From Chiloscyllium plagiosum (lineage: Eukaryota), in the NCBI RefSeq assembly GCF_004010195.1, contig NC_057729.1, positions 6,534,372-6,598,371 on the forward strand: DNA of 64,000 nt, read 5' to 3'. The position numbers and the translations under genes were made by a program. The notes below the pieces were generated by a model, which saw only the letters and a program-made list of their open reading frames with translations, was not told where the DNA came from and ran no database searches. Every line of letters starts with the position of its first letter. Position 1 is the first letter of the stretch. Of this stretch, positions 13,049 to 25,134 are shown one piece after another.

Positions 13049-14324
13049 AGGCTCATTTTCAGCATTGCAACCTGCCAAAATGGATCACAAAACTTGCTGT
13101 ATTGTTATAAAGACTCCCAATACTTAATGAAGATCCTTCTATCTGCTAATCTGATACCTAAAGTCATTCTAGTCCCATTTCGTGCAATTTACTGTTTGCA
13201 TACAATAAATGTTACCTTATCACTCTTACCCACATCGCAACAGTAAATGAATTATTCTGATCATTTGTATGCCATTAAGTGTTCATCTTATTGAAACAGT
13301 TAAACTGGAAAACGGAGGAGAACCACATTCTAATACAGGGACAGAAAATGTTGCAAGTTAACATGTCAGGCAGTAGCAGTTAGAGAGAGAAACCTAGTTA
13401 ATATTTCAGCTTGAAGACCAGCTGAGGTCAAGATACTGTTTAGCATTTCCAGTTTTTATTTTGAACAACAGATGGGCTTAGTAGGGAATTAATGCAAGTG
13501 TAATACCCCTTAAGTTGAGATGCATGAGAGAGATAATAGAAGCAGTTTGACAATGTGAGGATCATGTCAACAACATATTAAATGCAGAAACAGTACTGTC
13601 TGTACATCCTATCTCCATCTCTTGAGGACTATTTTCAAATAGGTAGTTTCAATTGACTTTCTTGTGTTTGATCCCTATCCTCAAGATGGTAAAGTTGCAA
13701 ATAAACATCAGCTTCAGGGAAGACATTTCGAGCACAGGAAATGTATATGCTTGAAGGATCAAGTACTTTGTAGAACATGTTGCTTGTTGATCAATAGGCA
13801 ACTTGTGAGTGTCTGGCAACGTAGTCAGCTAATCAAAGAAGATCTATGTTTGGTATGGTGTTGCATAAGCATTCTAGAGTTGTTAACCTTTGACAAGCTT
13901 TGCAGAAGTGTACATCAGGGCTGAAATTCGATGGTTGGTTATTCCAGAGTCAGTGATCAATGAACGGATTAGATAATGAAGGTGGCATGGTGTTTTTTTC
14001 AGGCTCTACCATCTGCTGAGAAGCTGTGTCAGGACTTGAGAACTAAATGATTAAATACAGGGAGATTGGTGATGTCCACTTCCAGGTATAAGGATGCACT
14101 GAGGATTTTTTCAGCATCACTTTGCAATTTGATGTCTTGCATGACTGCCTTGGAATCTATTTGCTAATATTAGTAGCATCAATACTTCACACATGCCCGC
14201 TCCCACCTCAGTTCATCTAATCTACAGTATTTTCTTTGCTTATCTATTTAATCAAAAGACATTTACACGCAATGCTGGTTCTTCAGGTGTTAATATGTCA
14301 TTTTACAAAGCCATTGATTGTTTT

Positions 14325-14590
14325 ATTTATTCACTTGCAGCATGTGAGCACCAATGCCAATCCTGGCATTTTTTGCCTGTCCCTAGTTGCCTTGAGAAAC
14401 TGATGACAGACTGTCTTCTTACACCAATGTCATTGGTTTACTACAACTCAGATTACCAGACCACTTCAGAGTCAGCCCTGTTGGTCTGGGGCTGCAGTCA
14501 CATTCAGGCTGGACCAGGTTAGCACACTGTTTTGTTTCTCAGGAGAACATTGACAAGGCTTTTGGGTGCTGAGTGACAATTACACACCAC
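14325..14590 (-). mobile_element. SINE fragment sharing its 3' tail with LINE family 2
   Basis: tttatttattcacttgcagcatgtgagc...gccttgagaa; ggtctgggg.tgcagtcacat.caggc core as at 53140. Confidence 0.5.
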
Positions 14591-14712
14591 ATAAATCAGT
14601 GGCAGAAATGTACACTGCTGATGGATAAAGCCAGAACTGGGAGAGTTCTGACTGCCTGATATATAGGCTGTAGGACTGGGTCACTAACTCAACACTGTTG
14701 ATATCACTGCTA

Positions 14713-14839
14713 ATTCCTGAAGAAGGGCTTATGCCCAAAACGTCGATTCTCCTTCTCCTTTCATGCTGCCTGACCTGCTGCGCTTTTCCAGCAACACATT
14801 CTTAAGCTCTGATCCCCAGCATCTGCAGTCCTTACTTTC
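14713..14839 (+). mobile_element. PLE mini-element (family A) with hammerhead core
   Basis: CTGAAGA-A-GGGC-TTAT-GCCC-aAAAC-GTC; TSD cactgcta (14705-14712, 14840-14847). Confidence 0.85.
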
Positions 14840-14855
14840 CACTGCTACTATTAGT

Positions 14856-15176
14856 GGGCGGCACGGTGGCACAGTGGTTAGCACTGCTGCCTCACAGCGC
14901 TAGAGACCCGGGTTCAATTCCTGCCTCAGGCGACTGACTGTGTGGAGTTTGCACGTTCTCACCGTGTCTGCGTGGGTTTCCTCCGGGTGCTCCGGTTTCC
15001 TCCCACAGTCCAAAGATGTGCAGGTCAGGTGAATTGGCCATTCTAAATTGCCCGTAGTGTTAGGTAAGGGGTAAATGTAGGGGTATGGGTGGGTTGCGCT
15101 TCGGCGGGGCGGTGTGGACTTGTTGGGCCGAAGGGCCTGTTTCCACACTGTAAGTAACCTAATCTAATCTAATCTA
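14856..15176 (+). mobile_element. HE1-type SINE, young full-length copy
   Basis: gggcggcacggtggcacagtggttagc (A box), ggttcaattcc (B box), CpGs retained, (tctaa)n tail. Confidence 0.95.
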
Positions 15177-15266
15177 TCATACACAGATTGGAGAAAACTA
15201 ATCTTTGATTCATTGAATACAGTGCAGCCAAAAAGGAATGGAGGACAATTAGACAAACATATTCCT

Positions 15267-15563
15267 GGGCAGCACGGTAGCTCAATGGTTAGCACTGCTG
15301 CTTCACAGTGCTAGGGACCTTGGCTTGATTCCAACTTCTGGCAGGCAACTGTCTGTGTGGAGTTTACATATTCTCTCCATGCCTGTGCAGCTTTGCTCCT
15401 GTTTCCTCCCACAGTCCAAAGATGTGCAGGTTAGGTGGATTGGCCATGGGAAATGCAAGGTTATGGGGGTAGAGGGTGTTGGTCTGTGCGGAATGCTCTT
15501 CGGAGGGTTGGTGTAGACTTGATAGTCTGAATGGCCTGCTCCCACACTGAAGAGATTCTATGA
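15267..15563 (+). mobile_element. HE1-type SINE
   Basis: tRNA-like head, ccacagtccaaagatgtgcagg core, gattctatga tail. Confidence 0.9.
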
Positions 15564-16124
15564 TATTATGACTCAATGCCCTTATAGCTGTCACACCAAC
15601 AAAGTTATCCCTGTGGTTTGATGGTGAATGGACACTTTTAATTTTTCAAAACAAATGGAGAATTTACAATCTGCTTGCAAACAAGTTGGGGTTGAGCAGT
15701 CACATGACCCCTCTCTTTGTTTGCGGGTATGCATGGAAATGCACAAGACTGAAAGTTAGTTTGATTCTTTGGATAAGACAATAAAATATACACTTTTGGG
15801 TCATTTTTTTTAAAGTAAAATTCAGCAGGTCCTTGTGGATTTTATTGCTATTATTGCCTAAGCACCTGCAAAATCTATTGCCTGAAAATGGCTATTTTAA
15901 TTGATGCTGGCATAAAGAAACTCAATCATTTCCAAGAAGCTGCAAATGGCATAAAATTGGGAAAAAAAGAGACGATAGTTGCCTGTAAGAAACCAACTTG
16001 CTATAAGGAATTATCAATTTTTGACAGCAGTCCTTTTGATAGAAAAGGCGGCTGAGGGAAGAAATCCAGCCCAAACAGAAGAAAGACCCAGGCTAAAATC
16101 TACTCACAGACTTGAATTTGTTTT

Positions 16125-16750
16125 TTACTTTCATTTGTTCATGAGACGTGAGTGTCATAGGCTGTGTGAGCATTTACCGCTGGACCATAATTCGCCTTGA
16201 AATAGTGCTGCAGTTCCTTGGATGTAGGGGCACTCGCAGTACTTTTAGAAAGGGAGTTCCAGCATTTTTACCCAGCAGCGATAAAGGAACAATGACATAG
16301 TTCAAAATCAGCACGGTATGCAGGTGGTTGCATCTGCCACACCTCTCCCGCAATGTAGTCGAGATCGCAGGTTTGGAAAGTGCTGTTGATGGTGTGTAAC
16401 TGCAGTGTAACTTGTAGATGGCAAACTTTGCATTGATGCTGAGTGGCGTGAATGTTGAAGATGGTGAAGGAGGTGCCAAACAAGCTTTTTGAGTGTTATT
16501 GGATGTTCATCCTTTCAGGCAAGTGGTGTGTACTCCATCTCACTCCTGACTTCTGCCTTCTCAACGGTGGACCAGGTAATGGGGAGATGGGAGGTCAACT
16601 CGTAGCCTCTGACCTGCATTTGTAGTCATAGTATTTATGTGCTAGTCCAGTTCAGTTTCTGGTCATTGAAAACTCTCAGCATGCTGATGGTGGCAGATGC
16701 TGGAAAGGCAATGCCATTGAATATCAAGGAGAGCTGGTTAGATTTTCTCC
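16125..16750 (-). mobile_element. CR1-superfamily LINE family 2, 3' fragment
   Basis: Reverse-complement similarity to 20340-20900 (tcaggagtgagatggagtacac.cacttgcctg; aactgaactggactagc). Confidence 0.7.
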
Positions 16751-16947
16751 ACCAAATTCCAGGCTATTTTCATATTGTCAAAAATGACAGTAGTCCCAAC
16801 ACTGATCACTAGGGAAATCAATTGCACATCGCCCTCCACTCAGAAAGAGTATCTCTGCCCTCTGGCTCTTAACCAATTTAATATCTCTTGCAGAACCTCC
16901 TACTGCTCTTCTAATCAGCAATTTTCTAAACAAATCTATTATATGGT

Positions 16948-17590
16948 AGTTATAGAGTCATAGAGTCATACAACACAGAAACAGACCCATCTGTCCAACC
17001 AGTCCATGCTGACCATAATCTCAAACTAGTCCCACTTGCCTGCACTTGACACATATCCCTCAAAAGCGTTTCCTATTCATTAACTTATCCAATGTCTTTT
17101 AAATGTTGTAACTTTCCCTGCATCCACCATTTCCTCTTGCAGTTCATTCTACACATGGGTCACTCCCTGTTAAAAAAGTTGCCCCTCATGTCTTTTTCAA
17201 ATGTTTCTCCTCTCATCTTAGAAATATGCCAGTTTTAGATGCCCCTACCCTAGGGTAAAGACACATGCTATTCACCTTATCTATACCCCTCATGATTTTA
17301 TAAACCTCTACAAGGTCACCTCTCTACCTCCTAAGCTCCAGTGAAAAGAGTCCCAGCCTATCCAGCCTCTCCCCATAACTCAAATCCTCCATTCCCAAAT
17401 TCTCAAATCCAACATCCTGGTAAATCTGTCCTGAATCCTCTCCTGTTTAATAGTATCCTTCCTATAACAGGGTGACCAGAACTGCATACAATATTCCAGA
17501 AGAGGCCTCACCAATGTCCTGTATAAGCTCAAAATGGTGTCCCAGCTCCTATAACTCAAAAGATCTGAGAAATGAAGGCAAGCATGCTAA
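16948..17590 (-). mobile_element. CR1 LINE 3' fragment
   Basis: (tagagtca)n tail; gaccagaactgcatacaatattcc (reverse of EYCMQFWS). Confidence 0.9.
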
Positions 17591-17759
17591 ACTTTATGAA
17601 ATATCTTTTGAAAGTCTATGTACACAGCATCAGTTGTACTACCCACTTCGTTACTTAATCAAATAATGTGTTAATCTATAATCTCTCTGTAAAATACTGT
17701 TTGAGAAAGGATGAGCTTAATGCAGTTGAAGATCAAATTAGCTTTAGAGTAACATAGGC

Positions 17760-17950
17760 AGAAGTGAGGACTGCAGGTGCTGGAAAGCAGAATTTAGATT
17801 AGAGTGGTGCTGGAAAAGCACAGCAGGTCAGGCAGCAGAGGAGTTGACCTGGGGGTTGCAGTGTGAGAGAGAGAGACTCACTGAGATTCTTGTGGAGAGA
17901 GGAGGAGTACCTCTTCAAGGTATGCATCCTTGTAAGAGGATTTGCAGTAA
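17760..17950 (-). mobile_element. PLE 3' end joined to a probable internal PLE fragment; hammerhead absent
   Basis: gaagtgaggactgcaggtgctgga..ttagattagagtggtgctggaaaagcacagcaggtcaggcagca, same subfamily as 57147-57225. Confidence 0.7.
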
Positions 17951-19464
17951 CATAGTCACAGAGTAACATAGTCAGGTTCACAAGAACCTTAAGCTGAAAC
18001 AAAGTCGATTACGTAGGCATGAGCAATGAACAGAGTAAATGTGTGGTGGGAAGTAAATAGTGGAAATATTTTTAGAAATGATTCAAAATTTTATACAAAA
18101 TATCCTCCTTTGAAAAGCAAAAAAATTAATGAGATAGCGACATCCAACTAGGGAGCTGAAGACAAGATTGAAAGAAGAAACTTATCATGTTATGCAGAAC
18201 AGCAATAAACCCAGAGTTTGATACAGATTTGGAAACCAACAACAGGGCAGCCTGAAGATTAGTAAAGAGGGAAAATTAGGAAATGAGGATGAAGTAGCCA
18301 AGGTTTTTACAAGTAGTTAAAATTGAGAAAGGTAGCTGAAGGAAGTGTTTGTCACTTTGAGAAAAATACAGGAGAAATTATCAAGGGAAATCAGGAAATG
18401 GTAAGGATATTGAAAAAGTATTTTTGTCTGCCTTTGAGAAGACAAAATTATGTTCCCGAAATAGAGGGTATATTCTTAACCTGACTGCCACCCACAGTCA
18501 TATAGATAATCCTACACAATACATGCCTTTTTCTAAGAAAGGTTTAGTCCTCTCGCAAGCTGAATTTCCAATGACAGCAAATATGAGTTTATTGCATAAG
18601 AAATATGCACAGTAATTACAGGAACACAAAATCTTTCTTCTCTGTGGGTTCAGTCAGTTTTTAATGTCATTTTCCATCAGAGTCTATTAAAGAAAACATT
18701 TCCCAGCATCTCTGACAAACTCCCCATATATATGGAACTGATCTGAATTGCTGAATAAGGACAGCTCAGAAAAAAAAAATTCTTTCCTTTGCTCCTTTCT
18801 GAGCAAAAGCCATCGGCTAAGCCAGTCAGAAATATCAATCTGTGAGAATAAAATGGAGCAAATATAAAGGGTACACATCAAACCCCTGTCCAGCAGAAAA
18901 TGTTAACCAAAAAGAAACCCTATGCAAACAACAGAGGATGATGAGTAAATTCGCCACTCAATATCAATACCACTTGTTCTCCCCCATTACTGTTAGATGT
19001 GTAGGGAACTGAATAAATAGGGTGCAATATGCCTTGGGTGACAGGGTGAAATGAGTAATTACCTGTAAAATTGAATATATCAGGCAGAGAGTAAAGCAGG
19101 TTGCTGATTGGTTAGCATGTTACATGCAAATGCCCAAGTTAGTTCCTTCATCATGTAATGCACCTTATAACAAACCCTTGCTCACAGTCATATGAATTTG
19201 GAATAAGCACATGGAAACGATCCATTGTTGCTCAATTGTATCCCCTCCTCTCCCAACCCTCTCAAGGCAGTTACTTAACTTCAGGTAACATTGCCTTTGC
19301 TCCAGTGGAGGCATTCAGTCAGCCAAAACAAATGTCATGGACACTGTATTGAAACTACTTTATAACAACCTGTTGTAAGGGATCGACAGTAGACAAATCT
19401 GACCAGGCCAATTACTACCCTATCAGTCTAGCCTCGATCATTAGCAAAATAATGAAAAGTGTTA

Positions 19465-19573
19465 TTAAGGCTCTTGTGGTGCAGTGATACCAGGGGCCAA
19501 GAGGTCTGGGTTCAAGTCCTACCTGCTCCAGAGATGTATCATGACAGCTCTGAGCAGTTTGATTAAAAATATC
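19465..19573 (+). mobile_element. 109-bp tRNA-derived short SINE
   Basis: A box tggtgcagtg, B box ggttcaagtcc, 12-bp TSD tgaaaagtgtta (19453-19464, 19574-19585). Confidence 0.75.
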
Positions 19574-20023
19574 TGAAAAGTGTTAGAGACACTGCTATGA
19601 AGTGACACTTAAACTACAATAAGCTACTCAATTTGAGGTTTGTGCCAGAATCACTCAGTTCCTGACCTCGTTACAGCCTTCGTGAAAATGTGGACAGAAG
19701 AAGAGCTAGACATAAAATGGTATGTGAAGGTTATGGACCCCAACAGCAAGGTGTCATGTGTCCAAGCACAATATCGAAGAGACCTAGCAAAACCGGGGTC
19801 ATTGGGAACCACAGTGAACAATCTCCACTGGTCAGAGTCAGATCAGAGTGAAGAAAGATGGTTGTTGGAGGTCAATCATCTCAGCTTCAGGACAATGGTT
19901 CAGGAGTTCTTCAGAAACTAACCTAGCCCCAACCATCTTTAAAAGTCATCTTCCTACATGATCTCCCTGGCATACTTAAGGGTGGAAGTGGGCTTGTTCC
20001 CTGATGATAAAACAATATTGCAA

Positions 20024-20117
20024 CCGAAAGAGAAAATGCTGGAAAATCTCAGCAGGTCTGGCAGCATCTGTAAGGAGGGAAAAGAGCTGACGTTTCGAGT
20101 CTAACTGACTCTTTGTC
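20024..20117 (-). mobile_element. 94-bp PLE mini-element (family C) with 5'-clipped hammerhead
   Basis: - strand gacaaa-GAGTC-agtta-GACTC-GAAAC-GTC; 11-bp TSD caatattgcaa (20013-20023, 20118-20128). Confidence 0.85.
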
Positions 20118-20900
20118 CAATATTGCAAATCATTTGTGGTTCCACCCATACTGGAGCAGTCCACGTACACATGCAGCAAGACATGAAATTTTAGGTGGCA
20201 AATAACATTTGCATTCTACAATAACCACACAAAGATTACCTCCAAGGAGTGAGAATCTAATCATCTCCCCTTGACCTTTAATAGCATTACCTTCACTTAT
20301 TCCCAATCATCAACTTTCTCAGGGTAAACTGAACTGAGCCAGCAATATTAATACTATGGAAGTCGGAAGATCGGAATTCTGTGGTGAGTAATTCACCTTC
20401 CAAATTCCAAAGTTTCAAATTCTAAATTCTAAAATCCACAAGACACAATTCAGGAGTGCGATGGTATACTCTTCAATTGTCTGGGTGAGTGCAACTCCAA
20501 GAATATTCAAGAAGCTTGACACCATCCAGGCCAAAATAGCACACTTGATTGGCATCCTGTCCACTACATTCAAGATTCACCTCCACCAACAATGACGTGC
20601 AGTGGCCACAATGTATACTATGTACAGGATGCCCTGCAACATCTCTCTAAGTCCCCTTTAACAACACCTCCTAAACGCATAACCTTAAACACCTAGAAGG
20701 CGGACAGCAAATGCATGGGAGCACCACTACTACCATCTGCAATTTCATTTCCGGGCCACACACCATTTTGACTGGGAATAATACCACTATTCCTTCACTC
20801 CCAATAAGTCAAAACCCAGGAATTTCTTCCTAACAGCACAGGTGGATGTATTTAACCACCACAGACTGCAACAATTGAAAAAGCTAACTCACCACCACTT

Positions 20901-21226
20901 TAGATTAGATTAGATTAGATTAGATTAGATTACTTACAGTGTGGAAACAGGTCCTTCGGCCCAACAAGTCCACACTGACCCGCCGAAGCGCACCCACCCA
21001 GACCCATTCCCCTACACCTAACACTACGGGCAATTTAGCATGGCCAATTCACCTGACCTGCACATTTTTGGACTGTGGGGGGAAACCAGAGCACCCGGAG
21101 GAAACCCACGCAGACACGGGGAGGATGTACAAGCTCCACACAGACACTTTCCTGAGGCTGGAATTGAATCTGGGTCCCTGGCGCGGTGAGGCAGCAGTGC
21201 TAACCACTGTGCCACCATGCCACCCG
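20901..21226 (-). mobile_element. HE1-type SINE, young, with (tagat)n tail
   Basis: Reverse complement of the 14856 copy; six tagat units. Confidence 0.95.
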
Positions 21227-21634
21227 CCTTTCTCAAGAGCAATTAGGGATTGGATGCCACTCTTTGCAAGTGACTTCCACATCCTGAACAAATAAACCAC
21301 ATTTTGCTGAGAATTACCTTGGCTCCTTGTTATTTCTCAACCCCCCTCAGAATTTGTCCATTTGTACTCCAAGTCGTCTTGAAGTTTTCAGACCCTAACA
21401 TCAGTCTGATTCCTATTTTGTTAATTATTATTTTCCTGCCTTTACCAAAGTATTTCCTAGGCCTCCTCCAACCTCTAAGCCCTTCTCCTTATAAAAAAAC
21501 ATCTCTCCCAGAATGAAACTGGGTTCCATTGACCTTACCTAATATCTTAAGGCATGCAATATGCTTTTGGACACTTTGGTTTTAAATGTAAGCCTTTCTG
21601 CCTGCACATAGCACATTCAAATGCTCTAAGAAAG

Positions 21635-21992
21635 TCATAGAATCCCAACAGGGTGGAAGCAGGCCATTCAGCCCATTGAGTCCACCCCAACCTTCCGAGC
21701 AGCATTCCCACCCAGACTCAACCCGTCCACCCTATTCCAGTAACTCTGCATTTCCTATGGCTGACCCACCTAGCCTGCACATGCCTGGATACTATGTGCA
21801 ATTCAGCATGGCAAATCCACTAAACCAACACATCTTTGGACTGTGGAAAGAAACCGAAGCACCCAGAGGAAACCCACATAGACATGGGGAGCATTTCTAA
21901 ACTCCACATGGTCAGCCACCCAACGCTGGAATCAAACCCAGGTTCCTGGCACTGTTAGGCTGCAGTGCTAATCACTGAGCCACGATGCTGTG
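21635..21992 (-). mobile_element. HE1-type SINE (older subfamily)
   Basis: catagaatccc tail, catctttggactgtgg core, gtgctaatcactgagccac head. Confidence 0.9.
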
Positions 21993-22794
21993 CAGTAGAA
22001 CTTACTGTAGCTCCTTCCTAAGTTGGGGACCAAAGACTTATTACTGATGGAATTTTAAGATTACTACTGAAAATGAATTGATATGGAATATATCTTCCTA
22101 CTATCTGCAACAAAATCTTACCATGGTTAGCCCAGGCTAGAGAGGATAATAATTTTATGTTTGGTGGATCTGCCATTTTTTATGAACTATTTTGTCTATA
22201 ACTGCATGGTTCCTTTAACATAGCCCATTGATAAAAGGGCTTCTGATTGTGATCACTACACTTATGTTTGTATATATATCTCCAAGGTAATCATTACCAG
22301 TTAACAATGCAGATACACTCATGTGCCAGTTTTGGTATTTTAGTGTCAGTCTGATTTAAGTGGTTTTATGAACATAAAAATTGGGCTTTACTTTTGTTCA
22401 GCATCATGATGTCTGAACTGAAAATTGAAAGTGTATCATCCCTTTGGAGTTCAAATATGGAAACATTCGCTTTGCGAGGCAGCTGTGCGCTGTATGACTA
22501 TCGAAAATTTCAAGAAAGAAATTATAGCAAAGCAACCTGGAAAGTATAAAATGGAAATAAACAATGAAAAACACAGGAGCAGCATGAAATGGGAAGCACA
22601 AATTTCCATTACTCTATATATAAATGGAAGCTATCCATCAAAGAGCCGAGGACACAGCATGTAAAGAGGAAGCAATAATAGGAGAAACTGAGAGCAAAAC
22701 ACAACAAGTGTGGAAATTAGATAAGAGGTTAAGATGAGCATTGTAATAAAATGCCATGGAATAATACTGAAAAATAGGAATAAGGAAGGAGGTA

Positions 22795-23956
22795 AACACA
22801 GCGAGTGACTGATTTAGATACAAAAGTACCTAGGCGCAGCTTCTTTAGTTACAAGGCAATAGAGAAATATAATGTCCACCATTACAGAAATAGAAGTTCA
22901 GTACAACAGACCACGCTGCCACTTATCTCCCAGTCCGCACTGGACCCTGGCTCCGAGCTGTGCTGGCGGCATGCTACACACAAATGAACCCACAAAATAT
23001 TCCCATAGAGAGGGTTTGTCATTTGACCACATACAATGTCCGACAGAGGATAAACATCAATTGGAGAACTGAGCAAAAATAAGGTCAAGTGTCAGTGGAA
23101 TGAGATTGGATGGGAGGACTGCTTATCATCCCTGAGAACGGCGATGGTCTTTCCTACCCCAACAGCAATATAAGTGGTAGCTGCCAGGAGCAACATGGAG
23201 CACTGGTTTTGGCTTGGGGATCGGGAAAAAGACGCTAATGTCTGATCATTGACTAACCTTTCAATGGTCAGTTGACTGGTCCACATTGAATGATTTGGCC
23301 ACTTGGCCAGTGGGAAAAATGGAGATGGTGATGTTTCCACCTATCTGTTATCTTGCCTTTCAAGAAGGTGGAGGCCATGATTTCACAAATTTGGGGCAAC
23401 TGCAGGGCAGAACAATATCGTGCCCACTCAACAGGTGATTTATATATGTCAGTATTGCTTAAAATGTTAAATGCAAATGGCTGGAATGCCTTAGAGATAG
23501 ACGTGGTTATAATTTCCACTTTCTTAGTTGATGCATGATCCCAAACAATGGACAATGACCTCGCGGTGTAGGCATGGTGACCTCCCGAGCTGGTGCAGTG
23601 ACCTCCCAGTGTTGGGATGGCAACCTACTGGCGTTGTAACCTCCCTGCTCTTCCCCAGGGGTCTCTCAGTGCAGTGTGGCAACTTCAAGTGCTCCTGCAG
23701 CAGCCTCCCTGCATGGCATGTCACCAGCACAGCTTGAAGCCAGGGTCCAGTGCGGACTGGAAGATAAGTGGCAGCGTGGTCTGTTGTACTGAACTTCTGT
23801 TTCTGTAATGGTGGACATTATATTTCTCTATTGCCTTGTAACTAAAGAAGCTGTTCTTAGTACTTTTGTATCTAAGTCAGTGCTGTGGTTGGTGATGTAT
23901 ACATTTTTCACTGTACTTATTGATTATATGTGGCAATAAAGGCTATTCTATTCTAT
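22795..23956. repeat. ~175-bp inverted repeat arms flanking ~730 bp; right arm belongs to a retroposon ending AATAAA-(ctatt)n
   Basis: 22808-22980 is the reverse complement of ~23710-23882 (gtccaccattacagaaatagaagttcagtacaacagaccacgctgccacttatc / gataagtggcagcgtggtctgttgtactgaacttctgtttctgtaatggtggac). Confidence 0.9.
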
Positions 23957-24484
23957 ACTGTTGATTTCTTGTGTATTTTTGAGCAGACACTTCCTGCACC
24001 AGGCTGGAATGTCTGAGTGCCTTTTAATGATTCATGACTAGATGCATGAATACAAATTTTAACTCCCTTGGAGTTTTGCTATAGTTAGGACAGACAAGAT
24101 AACATGCTTGAATGCAGCATGACTAACTTTGGAAGGACTTGTTAATAAAACACCCATACCGGGACACAGCTAGCATTCTTTTCACCCTTGTGGATTTGAT
24201 TGCAGATGGTTGAGGGTTAGTGAGCTGACGTATCTTTTCATTTTTGCATTAGCAGCCAGAACATTATCACACAGGAGTTGGTTACTGAGAAGGAGAAGTA
24301 ATAGAATGGTTGGAATAAAGATGATTTCCCTCAAGCTTTCTGGATCACGTAGTTCACATCATCCATGTTAGAAATAATAATTCAGAATAAGCAAGAAGGG
24401 ACCTTCGTGCTCTCAAAAGCTAATGGAGAAAAAAGAATATAATCAAATTGCTGAAAAGAATGCATCGCATGTAGCGAAATAAAG

Positions 24485-24593
24485 AGAAAGATTTGCATTT
24501 ATATAGTGTCAGTTGTGACCTCAGGATTTCAGAAAGCATGTATAGCCAATGAAGTACATTTGCAGTGTTGGCACTATTGTAATGTGCAAAATG
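24485..24593 (-). mobile_element. DeuSINE/SacSINE1-like 3' end (L2-type tail)
   Basis: gaaagatttgcatttatatag...gacctcagga...agccaatgaagtac...gcactattgtaatgt. Confidence 0.7.
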
Positions 24594-24920
24594 TCATAGA
24601 ATCCCTACAATCCAGAAAGACGCAATTCAGCCCATTGAGTCTCCACTGACCCTCTAAAGAGTATCCCATCCAGATCCACCCCATCCCATAACCCCACATT
24701 TACCTTGGCTAATCCATCTAGCTTGAACACTCTAGATCACTATGGGGCAATTTAGCATGGCCAGTCCACCTAATCTGCACATCTATGGACCGTGGGAGGA
24801 AATGTAGATATGGGGAGAATGTGCAAACGCCCCACAGGCAGATATCCAAGGCTGGAATTGAATCCTGGTCCCTGGCAGAGTGAGGTAACAGTGCTAACCA
24901 CTGAGCCATGTTGCCACCCA
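24594..24920 (-). mobile_element. HE1-type SINE
   Basis: catagaatccctaca tail; ggaattgaatcc and gtgctaaccactgagcc head. Confidence 0.9.
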
Positions 24921-25134
24921 GTTGTAGTACATTATCTCACATAACATCAAATCATTGAAGGCAGGGTCACTGAATTTTTTAAGGTGAATAATGTAGATTC
25001 TTGATTGACAAGGATGTCAAAGCATATGGGGGTAGACAAGAAAGTTGAGTTGAAGCCACAATCTAGTAAGTCATGATATTATCAATGGAAAAGCACGCTC
25101 AAGGATCCAAAAACCTCCTCCCATTCCTCCTCTG

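Larger units (their letters stand above)
19385..21297 (+). mobile_element. CR1-superfamily LINE family 2 (RT to 3' end), interrupted by three insertions
   Basis: ANYYPISLASIISKIM at ~19408; KKLDTIQAK at ~20508; 3' end ctcaagagcaattagggat...cacatcctgaacaaataaa. Confidence 0.8.

Noticed and set aside
13640-14110. Possible RTE LINE remnant on - strand
   Set aside because: Only vague motif resemblance; not supportable without alignment.
14856-14930. tRNA gene-like A/B boxes here and at other HE1 heads
   Set aside because: They continue into SINE body and tail; no complete cloverleaf or T-run terminator is evident.
14900-15148. Recurrent peptide WPIHLTCTSLDCGRKPEH in many ORFs as a gene family
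   Set aside because: It is the antisense translation of the HE1 SINE core.
15699-15708. gtcacatgac E-box/CLEAR-like motif
   Set aside because: An isolated 10-mer with no promoter context is plausible by chance in 64 kb.
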